Part shown: one piece after another, positions 22,645 through 36,165 of the stretch
Layout: the number at the start of each line of letters is the position of its first letter
How positions within the stretch are numbered: the stretch's first letter is position 1
Source of the DNA: Camelus dromedarius
Lineage: Eukaryota
Direction of reading: 5' to 3'
DNA: 64,000 bases
NCBI RefSeq assembly: GCF_036321535.1
Contig: NC_087436.1
Location: 99,698,001-99,762,000, forward strand
The notes under the pieces: generated by a model
Told to the model about the DNA's origin: nothing
The model's input: only the letters and a program-made list of their open reading frames with translations
The model's database searches: none
Translations under genes and position numbers: made by a program

Positions 22645-23958
22645 GTCTAAATATGTTTGATATTATTTTAGGTGTAAAATGTGAATGTTGAGTCATCATG
22701 TAGGTTAAATTTCTTTCATTTATATTTTCTAACTAATTTTGGAACAATTTATTTATCCATGCAAAGGAAAGAGAGAGAGAAAGAAATAGAGAAAGAGAGA
22801 AAGAAAAGAGACATCCTAGATGCAAACTGTACGCAGGTGAATTAAACAGTAGGTGTATTTAAACCTGGATTTCCTCCATTTTTACTGGACCTTAATAATA
22901 TCAGTAGATAATCCTATTAGAACTAGTTTTGTTTGCTCTATCCTTTTGGACTCCTATTGATGGAATAAGAATGGCTTCGTTTCTCTGCATCTTTTCATTC
23001 ATAGCATTGGTTTTCTTGAGTCTGTGAGTCAATTTAAAATAGAAAATACTATGAAGAGTGTAATTCAGTAGAAAATAACCATGTGAACTAGGTGTGCTCC
23101 AGTTTGGTAACTGAATGCAGATTTTTCTTTTTAAAAGCCACTGCTTGATTTCAAATTATTAAATGTTAACTTGGTATGATTATTTTTAGGGCACATTGGT
23201 TCTGTACATTTTCATTTGTTGTGAATTGAATAAATGGTCCTTCAGCTTTGCCTCAGTGTTTTAAACTGAGAATCATGTAATATGTGAAAGGTACCTTCAG
23301 CTCAGTCACACTGTGTTATTTAAACCACACATGATAATATGTTTCTCCAGTGTACTTATTTCCAGTGTCCTAGATCTTTTTCTGAGGCAGATTATTCATG
23401 AAAAAGTCTCTCGGAGGTTAACTACTACTTCTATTATTTGAGTATTTTCCAAATCTTTTCTTCCTAATCCCACCAAATTGTTCTGTTCCTCTTCAAACTC
23501 CATTGTTTAGACAGTCGGTATCTATATATGGCATCCTGGATTTTTCAGGTTAGATGGCATTATTTACTGAAGCCTTTGTATCACTTCAGTATTTCCTTGG
23601 GTAATCTGAACATGAGTCTTGCTAGCAGACTAGATGTCCCTGGAGTCCCAGCATTTTGCTCATGCCGGGCTTCTGTGTGATGGTTCCACAGCTACTCACA
23701 TTAGTTTCCCTCCCTATGACCCACCACTGCTTCCAGAGGAGATGAATTGACCTCTGGGAGGTATGAGGGTGGAGAGGGGTAAGAAGCATGTGCCACATGA
23801 AGAATTGGCCTACTATTCTCTTAAAGTCTTCTTTTTTTTTTTTTTAGGTTTTGCTTCTTCCTTTTTTACATCTGAAATGTTTGGAGCACACACATACTAG
23901 GTAGTTTTTCAGCTACTCAGTATTAAGAAGTAGTATGTCACCCAGCATCATCTATCAG

Positions 23959-24237
23959 AAGACCTAGAAAACAAACTTATGGTTTCCAGAGGGGAAGAGT
24001 CAGGGAGGAATAAGTTGGGAGTTCAGGATTTGCAGATACTAACTGCTATATATAAAATAGGTAAACAACTGGGTCCTACTGTATAGAACAGAGAACTATA
24101 TTTAATATCTTGTAGTAACTTATTATGAAAAAGAATATATATATGTGTGTGTATAACTGAATCACTATGCTGTACACCAGAGATTAACACAACATTGTAA
24201 ATTGATTGTACATACTTCAATAGGAAAAAAATATAAG
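23959..24237 (+). mobile_element. 5'-truncated cetartiodactyl-type L1 with 11-bp TSD
   Basis: L1 3' end (gaaaacaaacttatggt...gaatcactatgctgtacacc). TSD TCATCTATCAG at 23948-23958 and 24238-24248. Confidence 0.93.
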
Positions 24238-26013
24238 TCATCTATCAGGAGAAAGAAGACTGAGAGTAGAATCCAGCAGTAAGATTTGGGGTCTGAAGAT
24301 ACAAAGCTAAAGAATGCCATCTTCTGTGGACTTCTCTGCCTGCCGCATGGTATTTCTTTTACACTTTTTCCTTTACATTTTTCATCAAGGTCTTAAAAAT
24401 CTTTCCATCTAAACACTGCCTTTAAAAATTGTTTACAATATACTATCCACAGCTTCTGCTAAGAATGAGCAACTATGCAACCTGTTCACCAAAGCTCTGA
24501 TAATTTTCCAATATATTTTTTCAACATTTCTGAATGTTCTACATGGGAGAAAGGAAATGGATGAACTTAGAAATAAAAATAAGAGGACTGATTACTTACA
24601 TATGGTCCTTCATCCTACTTATTTGTGTAAATGTTTTAGCTTCTTTAATAATGCCTTTTCAAACTTTGTACAAAGCATAAGACCTTAAATATCATAGGGT
24701 GTCAGTAAATACCTCACATAAATTGGTGTGAAATGACCGTGAGTCTCAGGTTCCCCAGCCATTCTGATAGTATTTGTTTAGTGCAGTTAACAAGGCCAAC
24801 TTTATACCTAAGACTTTCGCTGGGAAATTTTCAAGTAGATTGCTTGCCTCTGACTCCTTCCTGTGTTTGGCTCACATGGTATCTCCTAAATTTTGGCACA
24901 GCCCTTCTCCTGACATCAGGTTTCCTAGTACAGACTTGAAGTCCAACACTTACTCCTTTCAAACAAAACTAAAATAAATACACACAAACCTCACAATTGC
25001 TTGTTCCTAACTTTTTTTTTGTCCTTAACTTTTAGGAAAATAAGTCTGTGTGAACTAATTCACACCAAAGGTGAGGAGACTGAAAATTGAATTGATGTTT
25101 AAAATGTGTTTTTATTTTGATATTGGTTAGATGAATTAAATTTCTGAGAGTATAATTTTAGCAAAGATTTTTGTTGTTGTTGGCTTTATAGTTGATGTAT
25201 TCAAAACTCTCAAATTGTACCAAGTACTCTTATTCTCAGTGTCTGATATAGTTATAGCTTTCATATATCTTTGATAACCTAGTGAAATAATAATAAGAAA
25301 GCCCTGAATTATGTTAAAATAAAGAAATACATTATTTCTTCAGATATAGCATATATTTAAAGCTAAATTTATAAACACACCAGATACAAAAAATCATTTT
25401 ATGTTTTTCTATGTTGATTCAACCCTTAATTTAAAAAGAAACAGTTTTTAAAACATATAGAGGAATTTAATAGACCTATAAGCAAACTAATGACTCCAAA
25501 CAGTTTTTTCTGTGCACATAATTATTATCTTAAACCACGGGTAAAAACATAGCCAGCTAAGGCTCAAAATTAACTTACATATTGGTTGGGATTTTATTAT
25601 TCTACATTCGAATGTTGTTGGATTAGTACTTGTATGCTCTAGTTAGCTAGTTTTCTGGACTCCCATCATTCATAACAAAGGTATCACACATTAAATCCAC
25701 CTGGACTTTGAAGATGTAGGGTGGGTACTACCTGCCTTAAAGTTAGGAATTTGCTTTCTTAGTCAAATCGAACAGGTTAGGAAGTCAGTTCTTCTGTTTT
25801 GAGCATCAACTCCAGCTACACTGATGCTTTTTAGAAATTAAACATTCACGTTTATATTTAATCTCAAAATATGGTATGAAGTGGAGTTTATGTGGATGGC
25901 ATCATATTACAGTGTAGGTCTTGATACTCCTGAAATAGTTGCAATGAGAGGACCTCATACAATCACCCGTGGTCTGATTTTGATCTGCCAACTCTGGCCA
26001 CCTAGCAGTGTAT

Positions 26014-26707
26014 CGTCAATGATAAACAAAAATGGACACTAGTCACTGCAACAGGAAAGATGGTCCAGTGTGAATTGAACTCAAAGCTGTGAAACGAAAG
26101 GCTGGAAACTTTTCAAGCCTGGCCTGTGCTGAGGGAGAGGCACTGAAAGTTGTTGATGGGTGTCAGTCCATGGGTCTAGGCTACCAGCTTTTGTTGACTG
26201 GCACAGCTAGAGGAGAAAGGAACTTCATGAAGGGAGGTGATTGAAGCAGGCTTCCCCAGTGTATCTTTATGACAGGAGGTAACTGAAGCAAGGTGCCTAT
26301 GGAATTTAGGTTCTTATCCTCCCCCAAGGACTGGGAGAGAGTGCCTGGGAGTCTTCCTGAACGCTTGCATTTCAAAGAGCCAATTCTCAAGGTCCTTGAG
26401 GCGACAGTTTTGGGTAGTAGATTTACATCTGGAAGGACAGAGAAAGGACTTAAAATTGCAAGATTTCTGAAGTAACTGCTTCAAGAAGGTGTTCAGAGGT
26501 TTATCTGGCTATCACCAAGTTTTAGCTAGAACAAATAGCAAATTTTCCTAGCAACATTGAGCTTTCTCAGGCAGGCATTTTAGAGGGAACTGAGGTCATC
26601 CTTGAGTCAAGGCTAAAAGCTGCTAGAAGCCAGGCTAAAATTTGGTTAAGTTTCTTGGTACAGAGTTTGAAAGTACTCATTATTCACCAGGATTTCTGCA
26701 GTTTTCA
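26014..26707 (-). mobile_element. ERV1 solo LTR (MER67/MER31 group)
   Basis: Ends cgtcaatgataaacaaaaatggacactagt ... gttttca, near-TSD GTAT/ATAT, and a ttgcatttcaaagag motif typical of this group. Confidence 0.7.
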
Positions 26708-27019
26708 ATATTATAAGTCTTTGTTAGACTTTTTTTTCCCCTTTCATAACATTATATTTCATGGGGGTATCTCAATTTCAATTATGGCTTAAAACTAGAA
26801 AACACAAAGAGAAGATGGTAATGGGTTAAATATAAGGTAATATATTTGTTAATACATGACAATGGTTTAGTAATTCCACACCACATATCAAAATTTTTCC
26901 ATTTTTCTGATTTATTTGATTAAAACATTGCATTGATCAAGTTATCATTTTTAAATTAAAATTAAAAGCCAGTTTGTATATTTTTATCCTGCCACTGTGT
27001 CTCTTGGGTCCTGAAGAAA

Positions 27020-27216
27020 ACCAGTTTCAGTACAGCGTAGGAACCAGTGGTTGAGCAGGACAAGTACAGGGTTCTAACTGAAGCTCAGAGTTAAGTCATT
27101 GTGTGAACTGAGGAGATAATCTTAGTATTTATGCCTTTGCTTTCTGATCCAATAGATGGAGGGTGTTAGATTAAATGATCTCGAAAATACACTTTTAGCC
27201 TCAAAATTCTGTGAAT
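27020..27216 (+). mobile_element. MIR3 fragment
   Basis: gttagattaaatgatctc...aaaattctgtga tail. Confidence 0.55.
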
Positions 27217-27502
27217 TTATGAGTCTAATTTAATGACTTTATCAATTTTTTCTACATGCCGTAAAGTACACTGAAAGTAAAGCATGATGGCTTTATGGAC
27301 ATGCTTTTTGTGGGAGTGGAATGGGTATTTCTCACTTCAGAATAATTGAGATCGGTCACAAGGATGACATAAATTCCTTTGATTACTCGGAACATTCCTT
27401 TCTGCACTACCCGTACATGACATGATTTATTCTCAACTCAGGTATTAACAACTAGAATATATCACTCATTCATTTGTGCAGTCATTCAGTTTGTCATTTA
27501 GT

Positions 27503-27566
27503 CCACAGCTTTTTCCCCACAACTTTCCCATCTTTTCCCACAGTTTTCCCATTTTATTCCACAGCT
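27503..27566. repeat. Short degenerate minisatellite (about 20-bp unit, ttttcccacagttttcccat-like)
   Basis: Three to four imperfect units visible directly. Confidence 0.7.
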
Positions 27567-29126
27567 CTTTAAAAATTTGTGATTAGTACCACAATATTTT
27601 GTTGAATAAAGGTACAGAATTTTTCAACAGTATTAATAGTCCATATTTATCACAACTGCATGAACTTGGGAACATAGATAAAATTCATATTGGGGACATA
27701 AAATATGGGCAATTGCCAAATTAAATTCACTTTAGGCTAGTCATTTTTTTAAATTACCCAAATGAGAAAGTTATCTTATTGCTTTCATTTTCAGTATTTC
27801 CCTTGTCTAGCAGGTTTAACCATAAGTATATGTTAGAAAATTTTTAGTAGCATGTATTTTTTTTCTGATTATAAAAGCCATACGTATTTATTGCAGAGCA
27901 TTAGGAAAATATAATAAACACATAATGAGAATATTTCCAATGAAAATATTAATAAAAAGAGATAGCATACTATTAACCATAAAAATCTTTATATTATCTC
28001 CATTTCCAGTGTAATGTTTCCAACTAAGAGACACAACCTGCAGGGCACTATTATATATTATCACCCTAGAAACTGGAACCAGTGTCACCCTAGTGAACTA
28101 TAGCAGAAGAACAACTGCTCCCCTAAGGCACACATCCCATGTGTCAATCCATTCTATATATGTATGTCCAGATTCTAACACAGCTGTAAAAATGTGTTTA
28201 CTTACATGAATTTCTCAGTGTCTCTTTTCCAACGTCTGAGCACCCACAATGAAACCCAGCAAGTTACAATTCGCTCTCTTGGATCTTTCATTCATCTTGA
28301 CCTTATCTGTATAGGTTGGATGTTACTTGTCAGCTATCATTCAGCTTTGCTTGAATCGACATTGCTTCCTTCCTTATAAACCAAGCCTTCTTATGTATGA
28401 TTCTCAGACCTGGACCATGAACAAGAGGTTTAATAAATGCTGTATTTTTCTAAGGGTCTGATGATGAATCCCTAAGTCTTCTATGGAGAAGAATGAGGTC
28501 ATGAGACAAAGACAAACAACAAAGACCTTTTCACTCCCAAGGACAAGATGTAATTTCAGCAGAAACTGAGTTGAAGGAGCTTTAGATAATTGCGTAAAGT
28601 GGAAAATACCAGTTCCACTCACATGTCTTCTTAACAGAAGTTTGGATAAGATGATGAGTGTGTGATGCTGCACATTTCATTTAGACAGATTTTAAATAAT
28701 CAAAACAGTTCATATATCCTATTTTGTAAATGCATTTAAATATGCTTTCTTTCCTTTTTGTTTTTCTTTTTTAATCTTATTGTTCTCTGAGGATCTGCCT
28801 GGGCATTGGGGGAAAATCAATCATGATATAATACATATGAGGAGATAAATGCCAAAGAAAGACTCAAACATGAAAAGTCACTCAAAATAATACAGAAGGA
28901 CCTGGTCAAGACTGCATATTTCATTTAGAACTACTAGTGGTTCACAGTGATTCAAAATAAAAGACAGTATAAATAGCATTAATTAACTTTTAGTTTGTTA
29001 TATTTATTTTTTTGTTGTTGAGAGAAGTCTGTGTTCTCTTACAACATTTGGTGCATACATTGTATTACAATATTGATCATGTTGTATAATGTAACTGTGT
29101 TTCCAATAACTTTATTAGGTTGAGAG

Positions 29127-29554
29127 CATGAAAATTAATAACTGCTAAAATTTAGTCAGGAGGCCAGAAGTACAACTTGACCTCAATACAGATCCCCACA
29201 GGAAGAGACACACCTTGCATTTCTAGTAGGAAGTGACACCAAAGTACTACTGCCAATAGGAGGAAGGCAGATTTTCTTCTTACCTGGCAACAACTCAGCC
29301 AATGAGAAACTATCATGACTCAGCCAATGAAAAGCCACAACACTTTAACTCCCAGTTTCCTTCAATGGACTTTGTGTTATAAACAGCTCCTCCCAACTAC
29401 ATCTCCTCTATAAAGGAGTTTCGTCTCATTTGCTTTACTGGAATTGCATATGGTTTGCCATCATTCCACATCCAAAATTGCAATTATTTTCTGCTCCTGA
29501 ATAAACCCATTTTGCTGATAAAGTAACTGACTGTTTTAATGTTTCAGATTAACA
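29127..29554 (+). mobile_element. ERV1-class solo LTR with recognisable promoter motifs
   Basis: Flanking AGAG duplication, CCAAT x3, TATAAA 29409-14, AATAAA 29500-05, ends in ...TTAACA. Confidence 0.8.
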
Positions 29555-30372
29555 AGAGCTTGAATGTAGACCTAATTTACTTAAAAATAAGATAAAGGCC
29601 ATGGAATCATGAAAAAGGGTCATATTCTCTGGTTACAGCCACTGAGGTGATGGGTATTACTTCACGGAATATCAATGGAATGGGAAGTCAGTATTGCATA
29701 ATGGTAATTAATGGGTTTGTGTTCTGATGCTTATTTATCTTTCTCACCTGATGAACAATAATACTTATATCATATACTATGTGTATCACTGGCTTATAAA
29801 AGTTAAAATCATATGTTTTAAAGCCAGTGCAAATTTCCTGACACTTAGTAAACATTCAGAAAAATTTGGCTGTTTTTATTGAGACAGTTTTTTTGTTTTT
29901 GGATTATAAGTATTCTGGAGATTATTCTCTTTCTCTCAAAAACTAGGAGACAAAAACTCACCTACTGCAGCAATTTTAAGGATATAGAATATATACGGAG
30001 CAAACGTTCTCAGGAAATGGAAATCAGTGGCAAACACTTGGCAGTGTTTTAAAGAGAATCAGATTTCTAGTTCAATACAATTAAGAAGGTATACAATTAT
30101 GAATACTGAAACATTTGATAAAGAGCCTCTACTTAAATTATGTTTTTTATATTATAGATAAAAAAGACAAAAGTGTCTGCTATTGATGTTAAATTCCTAA
30201 AAGAAGGATGCACCCATTCTTATGTGGGTCTTTGTGGGTCATGAAGAGCACTCGGCATTAAATGAGTAGATGGAGATGGCACTAAAACCTAGATGATCAA
30301 GTCAAACCAGATTAGCCAGAAACTTGTGGCTAATCATATCACCATCCCCCTGCTGACACAGGAATGCTTGTT

Positions 30373-30499
30373 CTTTTTCTTTGGAGGGGTGATAATTAGG
30401 TTTGTTTATTTATTTTTGGAGGAGGTCCTGGGGATTGAACTCAGGGCCTCATCACACTGAGTGTAAGTTCTAGTGCTTGAGGTATACCCTCCCCCCTCT
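30373..30499 (-). mobile_element. Camelid tRNA-derived SINE (vic-1 type)
   Basis: Minus strand GGGGGAGGGTATACCTCAAG...GAGTTCAATCCCCAGGACCTCC...AAACCTAATTA. TSD GGAATGCTT(G/A)TT at 30361 and 30500. Confidence 0.88.
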
Positions 30500-31321
30500 G
30501 GAATGCTTATTAATGATTCCACATTAGAGTTTTTTCTCTCCATGTGTAGACTTGTTGAAGTTTTGTTTGTTTGTTTGTTTGTAAAAGAGTTGGTGTGATT
30601 GAGTAACCCTTAGCTATTTGAACGTCTACATACAATTCCAAGTTGAAGATTTTTTAGAGGTTATAAGAGACAATTATCTAGACCTAGTGAATGGAATGTT
30701 AGTAAGAGTTTGCAAACAATATTCTGAAGTTCAATTTTAGACCAGACAGTAATTCATTCCTTCTGTTTGTTTGTTTGTTTTGGCAGCCATTTCAAAACTC
30801 ACCCCTTTTTGTATGGGCCAAATGTTAACCCTTTTTACTCTGTGAATTATCATATTAAGAGTAGTATGGAGAGTGACCAAAGTTAGAGAAACTACCATAA
30901 TGTTAAACAAAATTATCTTGGGATAACACCAGTCAGGAACCATGTGGTTAACAATGACCACAGATTTTTTTGGAAAGATGTTAAAAAAAAAAAAAAAGAA
31001 AAGGCTGAAGCTGCTTATCCCAAAAGATCTTCTCTGGCTCAATTTACAGTCATTTTATTTTAAATTATTATTTTAATCATTAATTTTTTTTGCAAAAAGT
31101 TTTTAAGCAAAGTTTATTTTTCTTTTTTAAATAAATGGTTATGTAAATAAGACTCAGTGTGCTAATTGAGTTTCAGCCAATGTCTTATCTATCTGTTGTT
31201 TTCTTCTTAACACTTTAAATTGTAATTTTACTTTAGTCTTTCTACCTTTCACATTTAACTATTTTATTCTTTAAAGTATAGAATAAGGAAAAAAAATGTA
31301 ACACTAAAGTTATGATGAATG

Positions 31322-32241
31322 TGACAAAGCAAAGTTTGCACCAGATAAAGTTGAATAGGTAAAGAAGGCTTTATTCGAAACTATTGAAATAGGAGTGAGA
31401 AAGTCTGAACTCAACTCCAATAAAGCAAAGATTGGGAGAAATTTTAAGAGCTGGAATTGGGGAAGTTCACAGACCATCTGTGTTTGCTGCTTGGTTTTAC
31501 CTAAAGAAATAGAAAATTTTCTCTTCTTCATGGGAGGCAGTTTTACAATCTGCAACAAGATGTCCTAGAAAGTTAGAAGTCAGGCTCCTGCCCTCCCACA
31601 GAGACTGGAAGACGAGGCACTATCATCCTTGATGATTTATTTCAGAAGAATGGCTTCTAGGACCCTGAGAAATAGAATCCTGGGCTGTAAAACTGGCAAG
31701 AGCCTTTTCAAGGTTTGGATCCAAAGGGGCAGAATTTACAAGTTTTCCAAATTAAATACTCTAAGAAGAAGAGGTGAAGAGTCCTAGAGTAAGGAAACTC
31801 AGGAAGAAAAATGTCTAAAGTTTAGTTGGGCTGAGGGGAATGCTAAGGCTACGCTGATGAAAAATGAATCAACAGTTGATCTAAGAAAGAAATGGAAAAA
31901 TTTATTTTGAGCCAACTTGAGGATTATAACTCAAGAGACGGTCTTTCAGAAAGCTCTGAGGACTGTCCCATTTCTTAGAGGCCAAAGCACAGTCATATAA
32001 GTTTTTGAGACAGTGTTATATGCCAAATGACATATTATGGACAGTTTACACAATCCAGATCTACACATAGAAAGCAAGTAATGGGTCACTGTGATCCATT
32101 ACAAGATTAAGAAGAAAGGTTATCTCCTAAGGAGGGCTGGTTAATGCATATGCATAACACACGCTAAAGGAGAAAGGGAAGGTTCAACAGGGCGATGAAA
32201 AATTTTGTGTTTAAAGTGTGTTTCGTCAGCCATCTTGGTCA
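31322..32241 (-). mobile_element. MER67C-like ERV1 solo LTR, split by a younger LTR
   Basis: tgacaaagcaaagtttgcaccaga...gtctaaagtttagttgggctgaggggaatgctaaggcta | gccatcttggtca. Confidence 0.78.
31852..32228 (-). mobile_element. MER41-related ERV1 solo LTR nested in the MER67C-like LTR
   Basis: Near-TSD GCTA/GCCA. Shares gagga.tataac.ca.gagac.g...cagaaagctctgag with 32433-32946. Confidence 0.75.
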
Positions 32242-32280
32242 TTTGTTTCTCCCAGTGGAGAGTGTCCTCTTTGAAGGCAG

Positions 32281-33209
32281 TGAGAGACTGAATGTACAAA
32301 GGCTCACAGGGCAGACCATTCATAAAAACAGGACCCTGACACACAATCTCTGCAGGAACATGTCAGGACTTGTTCAGTGACAGACACCATCCCTAAATTT
32401 TGCCCCTGCTTCCATCTTAACACCATCTGGAGTGTCAACTGAAATAAAATCACACAACATGAGAGTTGTGGGTTAAGTTTTGTTTGGGGCAAAATGAGGA
32501 CTATAACCCAGGAGACAGCATCCCAGAAAGCTCTGAGAAACTGTTCCAAAGAGGCAGAAGGGAAATTCAGTATTATATATGTCATTTCAGTGAAGGGGGC
32601 GGTACGTGCAGTCAAGCACACATCTAGGCAGAGGTTTGCTGCTAGTCACGAGGAGCAGATGTCACCGTTAATGATTTTAGTTCTTTTCTAGATATGAGGA
32701 GACACAAGAATTGGGGTCATAAAATCTTCTCCTGAAAATATCTAACTATCTGAAGGCCTGTTCAATCAGTTTTCCCGGAGCACAGAGCACCTCATTTCTG
32801 ACATCCATCCTAAAATCTTTTCAGGGTGTGTTGGAGGTCAGTGGCTGCAGTGGCTCATGATTTAATCCAAACAGAGTTAGATGGCAAATGCCAATGCGAT
32901 CCAATCCTTGCAGAGGCAAATGGCAAGTGCCGATTTTTAGTTAGCAGGAGAACCCAAACATATCCTCCTAACCCCTCTCACAGGGTACCTTCCTTCTTAA
33001 CCAACTCCAGCTTCCCCATGCCAGCAGTCTCCAATCACAGCAGACTGGGAACCTTCCCTTTTTTCATCATAAGGCTTTCCCACTGCTCTGCCTACCTTTG
33101 AATCTCTACCAAAAACAAATGATGGTGGCTGACTCCCTGATCTATAGCAAGCTTTAAATAAATAGGTCTTTGCTTGTTCTCATTTGCTCAGTCTTCACTG
33201 ATTTCCACA
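32281..33209 (+). mobile_element. MER90/MER110-type ERV1 solo LTR, split by a younger LTR
   Basis: TGAGAG...TTTCCACA, 3' motif gatggtggctgactccct...tatagcaagct...aataaa, near-TSD GCAG/GCAA. Confidence 0.75.
32433..32946 (-). mobile_element. MER41-related (MER41_BT-like) ERV1 solo LTR
   Basis: TG...CA termini and a perfect TSD GGAG (32429-32 / 32947-50). Confidence 0.88.
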
Positions 33210-33702
33210 GCAACAGAAAATCAGCATCTAGAACTACGGGTAATTAATAACCTCAGCTGAATCCGTTCTAGAGACAGCGAGTCCCTGTGTAAAGACTTCA
33301 ATACTAGCAGCATGGTTTTCTGGAGAGAGAAGCCAATGGTATAGCTTAGCACTCAACCGGAATCACTTTATTTTGTGTGACTTCAGACAATTTAACATGT
33401 AGGATCTTTTATTCTTACCTTTACATTTTGAGTATTAATTCAGTTTAGGAATTATTTGCATATTAAGTTAGACAATGTGAACTTTGCTTCTCTTTCTCTG
33501 TGTAGGAAGCCCAGTGTTTGGAAGGGAGCCACTGTCCTGTGAACTTAATGCTAAGAGGGTACAAATTAACCTGAAAATGCTGCTCAAAAAATTGGTTAAC
33601 AGTTCTTTGTTTCTATCTATAGTGACTGCCTGGAGAAGTTTAAATTCTTGTACATTAGCTGATAAAAAGCTCCAGGGGAAAATGGTCAAGAATGAGGAAA
33701 AG

Positions 33703-33737
<35 letters not shown>

Positions 33738-33889
33738 CCCTCAGGCCAGCCATTGTTATGCAACTGAACCTGCAAAGGTGCAAATAACATTCCTGGGCAC
33801 CCAACAAAGCCTCCAGGTTGTTCTGCTGCTAATGACTTACAGCCACTGAATCAGCTCTGCAGTTTTGTTTTCTTTTTCTTTTCTCTAAG

Positions 33890-34700
33890 TCATGTTTTAA
33901 TAGATAATACAACCACATGATTTGCAAAAGCAAACAGGTGAAAAGTATCAAGAGTTTTGCTCCACAAGTTCTCAGTCTTCCTGGGTCCTGACCCTCCATC
34001 TGGGAATCTCACCACCAGAGATAAGCACTTGTATTACTTTCTTGTTTAGCCTTCCAGGATATATTTAAATAACAAAAATATGTATTTGTGCTTTCATGTT
34101 TTTTATGGGAAACCTAGGATAGACTTCCCTTTGTTGGACAGCTTGCTTTTTTCACTGTAACAGTGTATTTTGATGGTCTTTACCTATCTGTATCTAAAAA
34201 GTGCTCTCCATCTTTACTGATTTGTGTATATGTGTGTGTGTATAATATTTGAAAAAAATACTTGATTGTAAATATGTACTACAGTTTATATCATCAGTAC
34301 CTACGTGTGTGCATTTGTTTCCAGGCTTTAGTTGTTGTGAACAGTGCTCCTGTGAATAAATGTACACGTTGATCATTTCAATGCTGGGCATCCCTGTTCC
34401 TTCCTGAATGCATAATGTGTATCTAGTATCTCTAGAATAAATTTTAGTAGTGGAATAATTGAGTTAGAAGGTATGGACCTAGATTGAGACTTAGACCTAG
34501 ATATAGATATAGACACAGATATGGGTATACACACACATATATAATTAAAAAGACTATATATGTTTGAAACATATTACATGTCCTTTACTGATTTCCAGTG
34601 ACGTTTTTATCAGCCTTTTCCTCCACATCGTTACAAACATAAAGTGTTACTAACATTTGGCTTTTACAAAGCTGACGGGTGAAAATCAGTATCTCAGTGT
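33890..34700 (-). mobile_element. Old L1ME 3' end
   Basis: tactttcttgtttagccttccagga, gtgcatttgtttccagg, gtagtggaataattgagttagaaggtatg. Confidence 0.7.
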
Positions 34701-34702
34701 AC

Positions 34703-34975
34703 TGTTAAAATAATGAAACAAGGAGGCCAGTAGATGAGGTGGCTCTAATGCCATGGTTCCCCATGTAAGCAAACCAAAATCTCAATGGGGAGTTATAAAA
34801 TCAAAGCCTAAGGACAACCAATCCCAAACAGCTAACTAGGCTTTAAACTATAGCCAATCAATGATGTCCTTGTTTACTTCCATACTTTTTCTGTGTAAGT
34901 TTCTCCAGGCACTCCTGTTGAGGTGCACTCTTAAACACTTCTGGCTTGGTGTAGCCCTATTTAAACCATTTTTAA
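34703..34975 (+). mobile_element. LTR54/MER57-group ERV1 LTR (3'-truncated)
   Basis: tgttaaaataat...ggaggccagtagatgaggtggctct...gtaagcaaacc with two CCAAT boxes. Confidence 0.7.
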
Positions 34976-35954
34976 ATACTTGTGTGCTTTTGAAATTTTT
35001 CTTCATTTTATACATTATAGATTAGACTATTGTTTTTCCACAATGCAAGTTAGTCATCCCAAACCCATTTATTCCCACATATTGAAATAATACCTTTTTT
35101 CCCATTATTCTTTCTACTTATATGCCAGTAATACATAGCTTTAAATGATTAGTCCTTATTGTACGTGTTTAATTCTGGCATATTGTAAGAATTTGATTTT
35201 TTTTTTGGCAGTATCAGATCTTCTTTATTGGTGATACATTAGAGTCATATATCTATATTGACTCTATATGATTATATATATATAGTGTCATATACTTATA
35301 CAGGTCATATATTTTTATCTAAAAGATTCAAATTATAAAGTGATGGGTGTAGATAGAGAATAAAAAGGGGCATTTACCAAACTTGCTTTCTGATTTAGGA
35401 AAAAGAAAGAATCATTAATTGTGGTGGTTGTTACTGTAGTCATTGTTTTTAGCAAACTGTACAGATATTTCTGATTAAAAGTTTCAGGAACAAGTTGTAT
35501 TTTCAAGGGGTAGAAGATATCTGAAGTGTGAGGCTATTGATTCTGATAAGAATAGAAATGAATTTCATTTACAGGTGCTTTATAATCTCAGGTGATTGCA
35601 CTTAGTGAATAACTATGCTTTTTAGCTCAAAAATGAAACTCAGGCTCTGTTCATACTGCTTCTCAGAACTGTTTTGGAAAGGAATAAAATTGACAATCAG
35701 TTAGTTTAACTTAATAAAATATGTTCACTTAAAGTAACAAATTCTGTCAAAGAAAAATGCCCAAGTAATCTCTCATGTTTTACAGTCTTGGTCTCTGATT
35801 CAACAGTACCACAACATGGAGTAGTTTATTAAAAAAAGCCATTTTACATTTGTAAAGGCACTATATATATATATATATATGTAAGTATATATCAGTTAAG
35901 TTATAATGACACTATATATAAATATATAGACACTAGTCCAGAGTCAAATAATAT

Positions 35955-36165
35955 TAATTAATGCTTGCAGAGTGGGCAGTGTGGTGATGAGCACTTCTAC
36001 ATCTATTATATATTTAAATCTGACTGTGACTCTGACTGAGGGAATATTTTCAGTATGTTATGAATTATTAAAGTAAACTAGGGATATTGATCGACAGCTC
36101 CTAAGTGGTGGAGCTAAGATTTTAATCACTGTTTTGAAACTTCAGTCCTATGCTCCTCCACCACA
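35955..36165 (-). mobile_element. MIR fragment
   Basis: acagctcctaagtggtggagctaagatttt...cagtcctatgctc. Confidence 0.55.

Noticed and set aside
28206..28375. Minus-strand pseudo-exon ending CAT|GTAAGT
   Set aside because: Weak acceptors, stops in most frames, and no recognisable peptide.
30780..31030. Possible transposase-like peptide (PNVNPFYSV...)
   Set aside because: Only a vague resemblance to Tc1/mariner SPDLNP; nothing else supports it.
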